The position numbers and the translations under genes are program-made. Below are positions 13,101 to 51,460 of a stretch of 64,000 nucleotides of DNA, piece after piece (the stretch's first letter is position 1; each line of letters starts with the position of its first letter). The stretch spans positions 1 to 64,000 of the forward strand of contig KZ538514.1 in assembly GCA_000934665.2 (NCBI GenBank). Reading direction: 5' to 3'. This stretch comes from Catajapyx aquilonaris (lineage: Eukaryota). The notes under the pieces are model-generated. The model ran no database searches, was not told the DNA's origin, and was given only the letters and a program-made list of their open reading frames with translations.

Positions 13101-15525
13101 TGATTCACGCCTATTATTCTATTCGTGACCAGTTATCTCGGGTCTCTTTCTCTGCTCTCACAGTCAGTTCAATGCCTGAACCAGCCCACGGACACTACCC
13201 CTACACTCTTATCTTATCACCTGCCGGGGCGTTTTGCATGAGGTGCTCACCTAAGAGCACCATGAGACAGCTTTTTACTGCTGAATAATGTGGCGACCCT
13301 ACCGGACTACGCTGAACTAAGATAGTAGAGAAGCCGCTACATGCGGGCCCAACATGGCCGCCGGCAACCATGTTGGGTCCCCCAATGTAGCGCTTCCCTT
13401 TTGTACCTATAAAGTTCAGCGTAGTCCGGTAGGGTCGCCACATTATTCAGCAGTGAAAAGCTGCCTCATGGCGCTCTCAGGTGAGCACCTCATGCAAAAC
13501 GCCCCGGCATGGGGTGGGTGGGAGTGACCAGACCTGAGTATTCTAAGATCATGCCCTGAACACAATACCTTCAAGAAGTTATACCCTAAAAAGTCTTTGT
13601 ATAGAAACCGTTTTCTTCTCAGTTTTCTTATTGCGCAGAGTTCAACCGAAATGAGTACATCACGCAACGCATTTCTAAGGCGAGGTAACAATACCCGTGC
13701 CATCCTGTGCGGGGGTACGTCTTAATGTGTTTTCGCTACAGGATAGAATTTTACGAATTCTCGGAATTTGGTTCAGATAAAACCGGATAGGTCCGAGGCA
13801 GTATTATATTATCTCTAGCCTGTTGATTCGCCCTAGCCGCTGTACAGTATGCTAGACATTTTGAGAAAAGGCAGGATTCTTCGGCAGAATATGAGTATTT
13901 CGGGAATCTCAACGACGGGATAATTGTAATCTTTTTTTTGTTTGTTTGTTTTGTTTACCCCGTGATGTCCCTTACGGGATCTATAGGCGGGTGGCACACC
14001 ACCATCAGTTTTCTATATATTTTTCAGCTTCTTTCTCCGGTGCAAGGAAACAGGGACATTGGGAAAGGATAGGGCTTGTTGGGGAGGGGACACTTGTGGA
14101 ATAATTGAAATCATTAATATGTATACACTCTCATACAAGAAGGCTGCAACTCATCTTGAGTCTTAACTGTCGATATAACTACTGTCCCACAAAAAATGAA
14201 CGTTATTGTGCTAACAGGTTAAATACAAAAAAATTTACAAAAATCGAATATGGAAATTGTCACAAATCCTTCCACTCAAATTACTACAAAAGCTCCTCTT
14301 ACCTGAAAGTAACTATGAAATAAACACAAAATCAGTGCCGGCATCACGAAGATAAACATGGTTCGCGGCAAACGTTGACGCCCAGTTTCTCGTATAATGA
14401 CAATACGGCACTAGATGGCTAGGTTCTATATTTGGATTAAGAAAAAAACGGTTCCTCTTGCGCCATCTGCCACAAAGTATATCTAATTCTGCTACCGAAT
14501 GCACATTACCAATAAGCTATAAGTGACACCGGTACTGAAAATAGCATCTGACAATAAGCGAATAATTAAGAAACAATCAGGTGATACAGACATGTTAAAA
14601 AAAAGAGGGCATCCTGAGTGAAAGGACGCAACTGTGAGGCCCTGCATAAGAAGCAAATTCTAATTATAGGAGAGCAGAAGGTCATGCCAAAGGAAACGTC
14701 CATTCATGTGGAGCAACACTCATCACATGCGCATGAAAAGCAGAACCAACCGTATACTTCTTGCAGTATACAGTAAGCACAATAAAATCTCGACAAATTG
14801 TGGAGTTAGGTAACAACCCACTCCCCCACAAGTTGTGACGAGAAACAGTTCAGGTCAACCGAGCATGCTGGTAATCTCACAAATGGAGGCCTAAGAATGC
14901 AGTGCCAAAATAAAGCATGCAAATGACGCAAGCATCCGTGGTGCACGCTCATAAAGTTCGATCCAAGACATTGCTCTCACCTCTGAGGTCATGGGCCGAG
15001 TCCCATCGTTCTGCGAGCATGAAAACATGTCCGTACGTATTAATATTCCATGTTGGCTAATTTTATTGCTTTTTGATTGATTGTACAAAAGCACTCTTCT
15101 TTTTTTTTCCTTTTCATCCATCCGGTCATAACTTGACGTGATCTTTATTCAACATCAACCCTGAAACCTGACATTCGACTCGTGTATAGGAAAATCCTGT
15201 CACAGTGAGTCTATTCAGGTTACACTGTGTCGTAATTGCAGCCATGAATGCCAGGAATCAGGGAAATTGCACCGGATGTGTCTCAAACTACCTGTTGGTG
15301 CGCAATCTTGGAAGATGCCGCGTGCAGCCAGTTCAAACAAATGCACACATCCCGCCAGCGTGACAATGAGAAAAAGCAAGTTACCTGAATTCCGAAGATG
15401 GTAATGTCCTTGTGACTGAACAGTGCTCGTCCGATGCTACGAAGTGCGAAGAAAAAAAGCACTAGGACCAGGATTCGAGCCAGTACAGCGAACCTGCAGA
15501 AGTACTGCAAGGGCCGGCGAGCCAT
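984..15525 (-). CDS. Glycoside hydrolase family 35 beta-galactosidase-like protein (GLB1L2/GLB1L3 type), multi-exon, 3' end outside window
   Basis: Exons on minus strand: 15525-15385, 6019-5811, 3994-3809, 3730-3589, 3055-2893, 2820-2668, 2599-2453, 2380-2193, 2100-1856, 1483-1277, 1212-984. All introns are GT-AG with matching phases, giving 670 codons with no stop. GH35 motifs: SGAIHYFRV, GLNTVETYVPWNLHEP, RPGPYICSEWEFGGLP, VQVENEYG (acid/base Glu), AEFWTGWFDHW (nucleophile Glu), YMFHGGTNFG, VENMGRVNYG, NGFNLGRY, GPQRTLYIP. The link from the 15525 exon to 6019 is inferred from phase and hydrophobicity. Confidence 0.93.
4100..4157. repeat. (TAT)n microsatellite
   Basis: Directly visible; similar tracts at 48248-48316 and 63922-63993. 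Confidence 0.95.
5227..5475. mobile_element. hAT-type MITE
   Basis: TIRs CAGTGGTTCCCAA...TTGGGAACCACTG with 8-bp TSD CTATATAC/CTGTATAC. Confidence 0.85.
7264..7575. mobile_element. Tigger/pogo-type MITE
   Basis: TA|CAGTAGAACCCCGATTATCC...GGATAATCGGAGTTCTATACTG|TA. Confidence 0.8.
7958..8518. mobile_element. Tc1/mariner-type foldback MITE with about 200-bp TIRs
   Basis: TA|CAGGGTGTAAATGAATTCA...TGAATTCATTTACACCCTG|TA. The arms give the mirror-image ORFs 7968-8210(+) and 8287-8508(-). Confidence 0.9.
8845..8992. mobile_element. About 150-bp hairpin MITE
   Basis: TATA|CAAGTAATCGAAAATCC...GGATTTTCGATTACTTG|TATA, self-complementary over nearly its whole length. Confidence 0.85.
10258..10922. 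repeat. About 665-bp foldback (long inverted repeat)
   Basis: ACGGAAAGGTGT..CTAGTTGCCGACGTTACG..GTGAACCCTGGATAGTGCAAATCT is mirrored at the right end. Arms are about 310 bp; no clear TSD. Confidence 0.85.
12253..13072. repeat. Foldback structure built from about 160-bp tandem units
   Basis: The unit TTCTTTGGACA..CATATCTGGACGTG..CTTGCATTCGGTGA..AAACTCGGTACACTAG starts at about 12254, 12413 and 12579. It then recurs in reverse orientation after about 12640. Confidence 0.8.
13222..13556. mobile_element. Palindromic non-autonomous element
   Basis: 13222-13509 is an imperfect palindrome (TGCCGGGGCGTTTTGCATGAGGTGCTCACCT...AGGTGAGCACCTCATGCAAAACGCCCCGGCA). A second copy lies at 1-210. Confidence 0.85.
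13931..14095 (-). mobile_element. 3' half of SINE family B
   Basis: Reverse complement matches about 59935-60095 (CCTATCCTT.CCCAATGTCC..ATGGTGGTGT.CCACCC..CTATAG..CACGGGGTA plus A-rich tail). Confidence 0.7.
14303..14359 (-). CDS. Beta-galactosidase alternative first coding exon B (signal-peptide-like, 19 aa)
   Basis: ACCATG start, encodes MFIFVMPALILCLFHSYFQ and ends in a consensus CAG|GTAAGA donor in phase 0, in frame with the exon starting at 6019. Confidence 0.6.
15385..15525 (-). CDS. Beta-galactosidase first coding exon A (basic N-terminus plus hydrophobic signal anchor, 47 aa)
   Basis: ACCATGG start just after a TTCAG acceptor. Encodes MARRPLQYFCRFAVLARILVLVLFFFALRSIGRALFSHKDITIFGIQ and ends CAG|GTAACT (phase 0), matching the phase-0 acceptor GCAG|GTAATG at 6019. 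Confidence 0.7.
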
Positions 15526-15852
15526 GGTCCTGAAGAGTCCAGCTTATCGTCCCGACTGATTCATGCCATTGTTCCTATGCGCCAGAACCTATAATGTTGC
15601 GACATAAAAGAGCTACAGTTGTGATAAACGCAGTCGCCAGAAATTGCTTATCTATTCGGATCGTTCGCTTATTTTTTCCATATATATATATTTTGTCGCC
15701 GTATAGCTTACTTATCTGCGTCCTCTTCCTCTGGCCAATATTCATTTCCTTCCTGGTCGGGCATTTGCAAATTAGGCTATGTGGTATTCTACTCACTTTG
15801 GCCCTGGCCCGCCAAATGCAAATTTTATGGCCTGGTTGGGGGTCGTCTATTA

Positions 15853-16076
15853 CAGTGGTTCCCAACCTGGGGGTCGCAAAGCCTTTTCCGGGGTGTTGTA
15901 TAAATTTAAAAATTACTAAAATTTGTTAAAAATAAAAACAAAATGATAGGGAATTTCATCGCGAAGGGGTTTTTTTCCCCCAACGCTTACTAACGCTCGG
16001 GGGGGGGGGGGGGGTGTCGCNGTTACTTGACTATCATAAAAGGTGGTCGCGACCCGAAAAAGGTTGGGAACCACTG
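15853..16076. mobile_element. hAT-type MITE (same family as 5227-5475)
   Basis: TIRs CAGTGGTTCCCAACCT...AGGTTGGGAACCACTG with perfect 8-bp TSD GTCTATTA. Confidence 0.9.
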
Positions 16077-16599
16077 GTCTATTAGGTTCAGTAGGCTTTA
16101 AAAAAAATCTCCTACCCCCTGATATGCCCTCATCCAGCACAAAAATTAAGGATTGGAAGAAATTGTAGTGGCAGGGGAGTGATATTTATTTTTAAATATT
16201 TCAGGCAGCCATTAGAGACATTTACTCTACATACACCCAGAAGTCCTATTTGGAGCCATTATATCCCCTCAAGGCGGAAATAGCTGCGGCGTGATGCACC
16301 GCAATTTTACTAGGGACTACATGTTGGTAGTGCAGTAAGTTACTTTGGTCTGTCCTCATCTTTATTTCTCGACTACACTTTACGACAATCCACTGTTACG
16401 ATATTTAGTCCCTTTGCACTATAGAATTTTGAGACAGCACCAGCAAACGTCATTTTACCACCCATTCTTCACCACTACAAATAGTTCCCTAGCAGTAAAA
16501 ATGCCACTGGAGATAAAACACCGTTAGTACCTAACCATGCTTCCTGTTACCAAGTACCAAACGCAGCGTCCCGACTCCCACCCGAACCACCGAAACGCA

Positions 16600-17322
16600 T
16601 CAGCCGCAACGAAAGTTCTACTTACCCCTTCGGTGCCGCTTGAACTGAGCGGTCCTCCCAAACTGACTACCACAAATATGGCCGCCCCCGGAAGCTCTCA
16701 CACTGTGCACTACATACACCTAGTTGGCACCCGCCTACCGCTGCTCACTTGTCAGCCGCAATGCCCTCTGGGTAATCACCCCACCTTCCCCCACCCCACT
16801 CTAGCCGCTCGCTACCTGCCCCCTTCCCCCCTCACCCAGTGACAGCCATGATACATGACGTAAGTCCCCACGTGACACCTAGCGCCAAATTCGATTGGCC
16901 CCCGATCTCACCCGAGTTTGACCGAGAACGCCATACTAGCCACCCCCACCCCACCCTGCACCTCTAAACGAAAAAAAAAAAACGAAAAAAAAGGACGATG
17001 CGAAATCTCTTGTTCATGTCGAAATAACCCGGCAGATGACGTAGTCAAGGGGGAAGCCAGGGCGAAAATAAAAATGCATGCAAAAATGCGTCCGGTATAT
17101 TGCGAATTGACGTTTAGAAGCGAGGTACTCACCTCCGTGTCAAAAAAGCTGCAAGTAGCATTCGGGATGGGAATAAAAGGAGATGCCGCCGCCGCCTAAC
17201 AAGTGGGGTGACGGGGGCGGGGGCGGGGGGCGCAGACAGGCAGGGGGTGGTGTACATTGAGGGGTGAGGGGGGAGTAGGGGAGTGCAAGTTTGCCCGATA
17301 GAGGGAGCGGAAGAGGGAGAGA

Positions 17323-17357
<35 letters not shown>

Positions 17358-17820
17358 AAGAGAGAGAGACAGAGGGCTGAGGTGGACATAATAAGGACGA
17401 AACGAAGAAATGTGAAGTTTTCCGGAGCCGCAAGCCCCACCTTATTTCCCCCAATTTTTTTAAATTAGACCCATTTTTCCCCCGGAGTTGGAAGTGGATA
17501 TATTAATTTCCCCCCCTTTTTTAATATATATATTTTTTTTAAGTTGTGAAGAGGAGTCAGGCCTGGTTGCATTTCCTCGCGGTAGTGCTTGGTGAATTTA
17601 GTGTATGTGTCAATTAGATACCAGTACGGTGAGAGGTGCAGGGTGAGAGTGATACCGGAGGGGCGCAAGAATTAGCGCCGTTTTCGGGGGCCAGTGTATG
17701 TGGCGGGGAGGGTTCTCCCACGCGACCTGACCCGTCCCTCCCCGCCTGGCCCGACTGCCTGGGTGACCCGACCGACAGCCCGAGCACAAGGCACGGGGCG
17801 GTCGGGGCTGAAGGAAAATA
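16600..17820. promoter_or_regulatory. CpG-rich bidirectional promoter and 5' UTR region between the beta-galactosidase gene and GSK-3
   Basis: High GC and CpG content. Motifs: AAATATGGCCGCC (YY1-like) plus CCGGAAG (ETS) at about 16675-16694, TGACGTAA 16856, CACGTGAC 16869, ATTGG 16894, GC boxes about 17215, GA repeat. Minus-strand consensus donors follow 16626 (GG|GTAAGT) and 17133 (GAG|GTGAGT). Confidence 0.7.
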
Positions 17821-44264
<26,444 letters not shown>

Positions 44265-47200
44265 TGGAAGAATAACCATCACCCCCCACCCATACCTGCA
44301 ACGTCTTCTTCATCTTAGGGAAAAAAAGAAAAATAAGAAAACGCGAAAAAAAAGAAGAAAATTGGCCACCACCCAGCATTGCCAGAAGGGATTGCCCACC
44401 TTTTTTAAAAATTTGAAATATGTACTTGCCTCCATGTCCTAAACCCCATCTTCTCTTTTGGCCAACCCTCAGTTCACTCCCACTTGTTTAATAAATGCTG
44501 TGGTGAAAAGCTGGAGGTGCTTTTACAAAGTCAGCTGATGAGAATAGGTGGAATCCATATTTGCCTATTCACTCATTGTTGTAATCAATCCTTTTTCCTT
44601 ACCCACTCCATTTACCCTCTGAAGAGGTGACCTGTAAAGTGACAGCCATCAGGAACAAAGAAGCCCAAGAGTCGTCAGTGTAAAATCCTCCGTACTGTAC
44701 AGTGATGCAGCCAGTTGTTCTCTGCCAGACAAAGTTTAGTGAATGGCACACACTCTGCTACCACCCCCCCCCCCCCTTTAATTTGTGTGCCCAGAATATT
44801 CCTATTTACTATCGTGACCTGCAATTTCCTTCCCTACATGTTTAGTGTGTATCAATATGTGAGTGTGGGTGCTTATTTTTTTATTTTTTTTTGATCAAAG
44901 TATGGGCAATGTGGGTCACCCATTCGTCATTTTATCCCATGCAATAATCCCAATCAGTCTCTGATGTACCTGCCTGTGTTTGGTTTCACTTAATTTACTT
45001 GAAAATTGTATGTGAATTTTTAATTGTTCTGACAATTTTGTGGCTGTCTTGTCACAGGTTTTGGTCACACCGAACTTTTTATTCAGGGTGAGTGTATCAC
45101 TCAATCGTGTGTAAGGGAAGGAAAACAAGGGGGTGGTTGACTGTAAGTATGACAAAGGTCAGTGACATGTCAGCATAATTGAGGGGTTACCCACTTGCAC
45201 AGTCAATGGTACACTTTTCTGGCTGGGTCCGATGGTGACAAGCACCTTGAGTGCTAAAATGCCTGTCACCATCACCACCAAGCACAACAACAAAATGGTG
45301 TGTGATCACAGGCAGACATGCCTCAGGTTGATTGATTATTATTTGTAATTAGGCATACACTTCCAAATGCAGTGATTAGCCCCTTGTATGAAATGTTCTG
45401 CCTAATATATCTGTGACCTTTTGCATCATTGTTGCTGAGCTTTGCGTTGTAGAATGCTCCATTGGCCTTTTTCGGGAATTCACATGACCAGATGAAGGTG
45501 AATGCCCTGAACTCTCAGAAAGTGGCATTACCTCCATTTCCCCGGAAAAGTGACATTCGACCTTCTTTGCTGTCAACCTCCCCCAAAATTATTGTGACAT
45601 ATTTGTTGGGCGTTTTCAACTAGAATTTTGAGAAACTGGTGCTTGAGAGAGATGTAAAGTTGACGGCCTGCTTACTTAGAGGTAACAGTGGTATCCATAC
45701 TGTTATATCAGCAGCAGTAATTCCCAGACCACATGTGAAAACAGTTACTGGTGTATGACTTGTCATCTCTTAAGTAAGGAGGACATCAACCATACCCAAT
45801 TGTAATTTAAACACATCCTTGACTCCGTACCTGCCATCATCCTGACTTTGTTCATTTCTTGAATACAGAAGCGACATGTCAATATGACCACAGGGACTAG
45901 GGAATTTGAGGGCGCAGATGAGTTATGTGCAGGTTTTTGAAAATTGGGTTGTCTTGAAGTGAAAGTTGTCGGTGTTTATGATTACTATTATTGCTGACCA
46001 CTAGTTCAGACATGGTTTTTAGCCTAGGGTTGTGGATATAACAAGACACGCATGGTTTATGTATTTTGTTTTCTTTGGATCCTGCTCATCCCACTCCTGT
46101 GACAGTCATTGGGCACCTTCAGGTGTGTTTTCTTTATTTGGGTTGAGGAAAGGAGAGAGGCAGTGCTGGAAATTTCTCCTTTATTTAGAAGAGGGCTTGC
46201 TTCTCGTATTGAAGCTGCCGATGGCTCTGTACAAAAAGCAAATTAAGAGAGAGTGTTGGTGGATATCCAACATTGTCGAATAATCTGCTGCTTGTGTAAT
46301 ACAGAAGGAGGGGTTTCAACATGACAAAACACATTCCAGGATGCAGCACAACCGTCCTGGGTTCCCATTCTCGCTAATTGTAAATACTTGAGGAGAAACG
46401 ATAGTAAATAGTAGTTGCTTGTGACGAAAAAAAATTTATAGGATATGGCACCTGGTTTCTTGAGGAAGGCAGAGTGAAGGCTGAAAAGGCGGGTGGGCAA
46501 CGAAGACGGATATGAGAAAATTCACTGTGTAAACTATCACGTACGTTCGCTTGGCTTTGGTATATTGCTCGCGAATGCAAAAGAACCCCTCATCACTTTC
46601 CCTGGCGCTCTTCCCCTAAACCGTACCACAAATTCAGACGTATCTCCCTAATCAATTAAGCACCAGTAGTGTAAGAGGCTGCACGGGAGAGTACGAAATG
46701 CGAATAGAATTAATTGTACAGATAACAAAAAAAAAAAGTGTGTATATGAGAGCGAAGCTCATTGTGTGCTATAACCCTGTACCTCCTCGTTTTTTTTTTC
46801 TTCCTTCGAAAACCAATCAAACTTTGCCTTTTCGAGTACAGGAAACGAACTGGAGAAGGGAGTTTTCATAACCACACGTCATTCAACCCAAATTTTTAAG
46901 TGTAGGTCCTCTTCCCTATACCTCCCATTCCCCTCTGTCTTGTACAGTTGTAGTATAGTACTGTAAGTAAACCTCACTACATTAATGTAGGGCTAAAATA
47001 AACCAGCTGAAGAAAATATGTGCAGGTCTGGTGTACGGCTTGCAGTGTGTGGGAGAAGGAATTTATCACGGGGAAAAAATCCTCTTCCCTCCTTTCCAGT
47101 ACCTGCCACTTCATCAATCTTTTATTAGGGAGGGGTTGGGGGAAGAGGTGTTTTTTCAAAGAATGTAATCCTCTCAGAGTATGCTCAGAGGGTATGCTAT

Positions 47201-48246
47201 TATTTTTTAATATAGTGGGAGTTCTTGAGTTGATGCCATTGCTGCAATGTGCTTTGGTGAGGATCTTCACTATTTTTATTTTCCTTTGCTACCTATCATG
47301 TGTACTTGGGGAAATATCACCTGCAAGTGTAGGTTCCAGTCAGGGGTTGAATTATAATCATACCAGTGGGGGGAGCTCTCTTGGCCTCAATTCATCATGT
47401 GAGGCATGTGGTGGTTGGGGTTGTTGTCCAGTTCAGTTTCTAAAACATTTGTTGAACAAAATTGTTGGGGAGGACTTTCCATGAAGAGTTGGTTTAACAG
47501 GCTGGGGCCCCTTCCTTCTGAAATCAATGTGTGCGTGTGGGAGGGGTTTCTAGGCCTGACTGTATGTGCCACCCCGAATTCCTGTTTTAGTATGTATACC
47601 ACTGAAGCGAGTGCTACCCCCCTCCTGAATGAAATTCCTGGATCCAGTTATCTACACGTGTGAAGTTAATGTGTGTACAGTAGCACCTTTTCGCACCCAC
47701 ACCTTCGAGCCATACATCATGCCCCCACCATGGCCCCTTCTCCAAAGAGGTTAAAAAATTAATAAGCATGTGTGCTTTTTAAGTACTGTAATTGATGTGC
47801 ATTAATTCTTTTTAGCTTGTGGAAGTACATGGCCTGACCAAACAGAATTTATAGTCTTACTTGTTTTAAATAAATCCAAGGCAGTTGTAATTACAATGTT
47901 GGTCTCCAAATGATTCAGTTGTGGAGATCAGGAAAAAGCTAATGCAATCAATTGTTTGTAATTGTAATAAACCTTAGCAGCATTTTCAGATTCTGGATTA
48001 TTTTTCTGATCTCCACAAGAACCTTTCAACCCCCCTGTTTATAACAGACGCAGTATAATTTGCCAATCTTGTGTACAACAGGAATACCAAGTGGTCCAGA
48101 AACATATTGGAAGCCGCAGATTTTTTTTCCAGCTCCTGTCAAAAATGTGAAGTGATGGAATGTTTGTGGTTGTTGGTGAAATTGGAATTGAATCTCTCCA
48201 TGATCCACAGAAGGGTAGGCCTCTATGAAACGAGTTTTCTCCAGAG

Positions 48247-48317
<71 letters not shown>

Positions 48318-48339
48318 GTAGCAGAAGTAGTAGTATATA

Positions 48340-48939
48340 CAGTAAAATCTTGTTACAACGAAGCCCGCAGGACCGAGCAAATCTTTTCGTAATAACGGAA
48401 TTTCGTTAAATCGAGATTGGTTATTTTTATTTCCCCCCATACATGACCGAATCTGTCAACTCCTGGCACACCTGTACGTCGTCATCTGCGGCTACAAAAT
48501 CGTGAACGGTAACTTCTTCTGGCACGCTGGTGTTTTCAGCGTCGGACCTCCACACAGACAGGTTGTCAGGGTCATCTGAGTCTTCACCGTCCTGGTCACT
48601 CCCCAAAACAGACACTGCTGACCCCTTAATGCAACTTCTACCCCAACATTTCACGATTGTAGACGGTGTTACGCACGGCCACACACTCGCTTATCGCTAG
48701 ACAGTGCTGGAACACATGTGGCGGAGCATTGCACTACTGCATATTTCGTTATATCGGGGTCAATACTAGCCGTGGATCCACCTTTCGTATTCATTGTACT
48801 GAAAATTTCGTAGTAACGCATTTCGTAATAACGGGATTGCAAATACATTGCTCTTACGGCTGGCCAACCAAAATTTTATTTTTATTGCGTTCTATTGAAA
48901 TTTCATACTATTGGTATTCGCTAAAACGAGATTTTACTG
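48340..48939 (-). mobile_element. Tigger/pogo deletion derivative with transposase remnant
   Basis: TA|CAGTAAAATCTTGTT...AACGAGATTTTACTG|TA. Internal VTPSTIVKCW..VTVHDFVAADDDVQVCQELTD resembles the Tigger transposase C-terminus. Confidence 0.8.
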
Positions 48940-49109
48940 TAATAATAATAATCAAAGATTTTCTCCTTAACTTGTACTCATACTACAGGCCCTAAGTACC
49001 ATTGGCACAATGTTACTAATTAATTTAATTTGCTTCAATTTTAATAAGTGGTCCTCATGCTGTTGATTACTGCCAGGACTTCTTTCTTGCAATGTGAAGC
49101 AGCCAGATA

Positions 49110-49939
49110 CAAGGTGGTTCAAAAATATGAGCAGGACTGATTTTTTAAAGAGCATTCCTTATTACACATTGACTTATATGTGCCACCCTCAAAAGAACTC
49201 CCAACCGGCTTCTACACATTTTTTGTTGGGTTGCGCGTATATCCATTCTCGAACACTAGTCATCACAGCATTGTTGTCTTCAAACTGCATTCCTGGTGTA
49301 ACTGATTCAATTCTTCCAAACCAGATGATATCACTTGGGGCCATATCTGGCCTATAGGGTGGGTGTTGCAGGAGGTCCCACATTAATATTGAAATTGGCC
49401 ACCTATTTTGTTGTCATTGGGCAACATGTGTGGAACCCAACGGGCCTTCCTTCCTCTATTTCAGATGGATTTTCATGATGGCCTCTACACTACCAACTCT
49501 GACCTTTAAAGCTGTAGCAAGTTCTTGTACAGTGGTGCACCTGTCCTCCCAAATAAGCTCATTAACACAGTCAATGTTTTCTGGAGTGATGTAAGTTTGT
49601 GGTGGACAATTGTGCAGTTCATTCTCCACTCTCCCACTTCCCCCTCTGAAACATGCAGGTTCGAGAGAGATACTCTTCTGCATACTGTTTTTTGACTGCC
49701 TGTCAAATGTTTAATGGATTGATGCTTTTCCTATTGAACCATTTGATGGCAATGCGTTGTTCCAAACTCCACGACACTTTCTGCGTGGTCATCTCTCCTG
49801 GAAATCCCAGACAAGACTGAGCCGGATCCCACCCATAGTGTACAGAAGAGAGGAGTTTAGTCCACTTTCTCAAAGTTGTTCGTTTGTTGAGCAGGTTTGT
49901 TCAGAAAAAAATCAGTCCCATTCATATTTAATCCCCTTG
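49110..49939 (-). mobile_element. Internally deleted, degenerate mariner transposon
   Basis: Imperfect TIRs (CAAGG..AAATATGA..GGACTGATTTTTT) with TA flanks. Remnants ITPENIDCVNELIWEDRCTTVQELATAL (HTH region) and HPPYRPDMAPSD (YSPDLAP motif). Confidence 0.85.
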
Positions 49940-51125
49940 TAATGTACTATAACATCAAGATAGATGTAGGACGAAGTGTACAATAAGATACTGATGCAAC
50001 ATCCTAATAGAAAGTGCATTTAGGTAGGGCCAGTTTGCCTGATCAATGGTAAATCCAGAACATGTGGTTGATCCATATAGAGTTGACTCTGGATATAAGA
50101 GCCTTGGTTATAGCCAACTCGAAAGGCTGCCCCTGGCATCTTTCCATAAGGCTTGTGCGTTTTTACTCGGATATAGCAAACTCATTTTTCATGCACCACA
50201 GCTATAACCGATCATTTCTTGGCCCCCGGGGCCAAGAAATGATCGGTTATAGCTGTGGTGGGAAAATATGCTGCTTTCAAAAACCCAGCTGTGTGATATG
50301 GATATAGGAGACCTCGGTTATAGGATACTGATTTCTTCAGTCCCTTGAAGTCCTTGATATCCGGAGTAAACTGTATATTAATTACATTTACTACCAAACA
50401 TGTGAGTGGCCATAAATAGTACCACACTCATACATCGATGAAAATGATACTGAGGGTCCAAAACAGCAATAGAAATAGTACTGTGCATCCATTCTGTATG
50501 GTCAGCTGACTTCCATGACTACTGCATAGTTGAGGTCGATTGACAGTACTATAGAGACATCCTGAATCACCAAGAAAGCTTGGCCTCCTAGCCCCATAAT
50601 ATAAGATCAAAGGGCTTTGACATATTCGTCACCCAAAAGCATGCATGAGAAAAGGGAAATGCGTAACTGATAGTCTAACAGAGAATGAGCCAGAGTAACT
50701 GAAAAGGCAGTACAATGTGATCAACCTCCCTCATGCCACGATTCATACCACTTGCTCATTGGCAGATTTACCCTCTGAATAGCAGTAGTTTACACCTCCC
50801 AGACAAGTACCTCTTTTCTGAAACGTAGCTTCAACTGTACAAAATGCTGTAAATTATGCAATGTGTTTTATACGGTTGTGACCTTTCATTGGAGGAGTGA
50901 CAAATGCAAAAATCTGTTAACACCATTAAATTGGGATGCCCTTACACCCCATGACCATCTATTTCAAATCCTGTCACAATCATCCGGTTCAGAAACAAAT
51001 GAGAACATGAAGAAGTGCACGGAATTTTGTGAAGATGGCTAACATCATGCATAGCATGGTCATGACTCATGAAATATCTGGTGCCAAGGACATCTTTGAG
51101 GACATTCCTGGCAATGCATTATCTT

Positions 51126-51460
51126 TTTTTTTATATATATATTGATACCCCGTGCTCGAGCCTGAGGCTCGTTTAGGGGGGTGGGCTACCACCATCTGTG
51201 GTGAAACTAGTATACTGAAAGTATTTAGTGTGTTTCACGGGTCGTTAGGAGGGGATGTGCAAAGTGCATGTGCGCTGTCGTTAATTGGTCATTTTGTGAA
51301 CTCCCCCGGGTGGCTTAGTCTATCGGAAATTGCCACCCGAAACGAAGCCAGAGATGGCCCAACTCTGCACGAAAGAAGGTGGGAACCCCAGGTGGGGATC
51401 GAACCCGGGACCTTAACTTCCGTGGGCGCGCGCGTTACCGCGGCGCCACTCCGTCTCCCT
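51126..51460 (-). mobile_element. Full-length tRNA-derived SINE, family A, with 17-bp TSD
   Basis: Perfect direct repeats TGGCAATGCATTATCTT at 51109-51125 and 51461-51477. A and B boxes, A-rich tail and intact CpGs. Confidence 0.92.

Noticed and set aside
48039..48440. Poly-Ile/poly-Leu ORFs (also poly-Tyr at 4057 and IY repeats at 52957)
   Set aside because: Translations of microsatellites.
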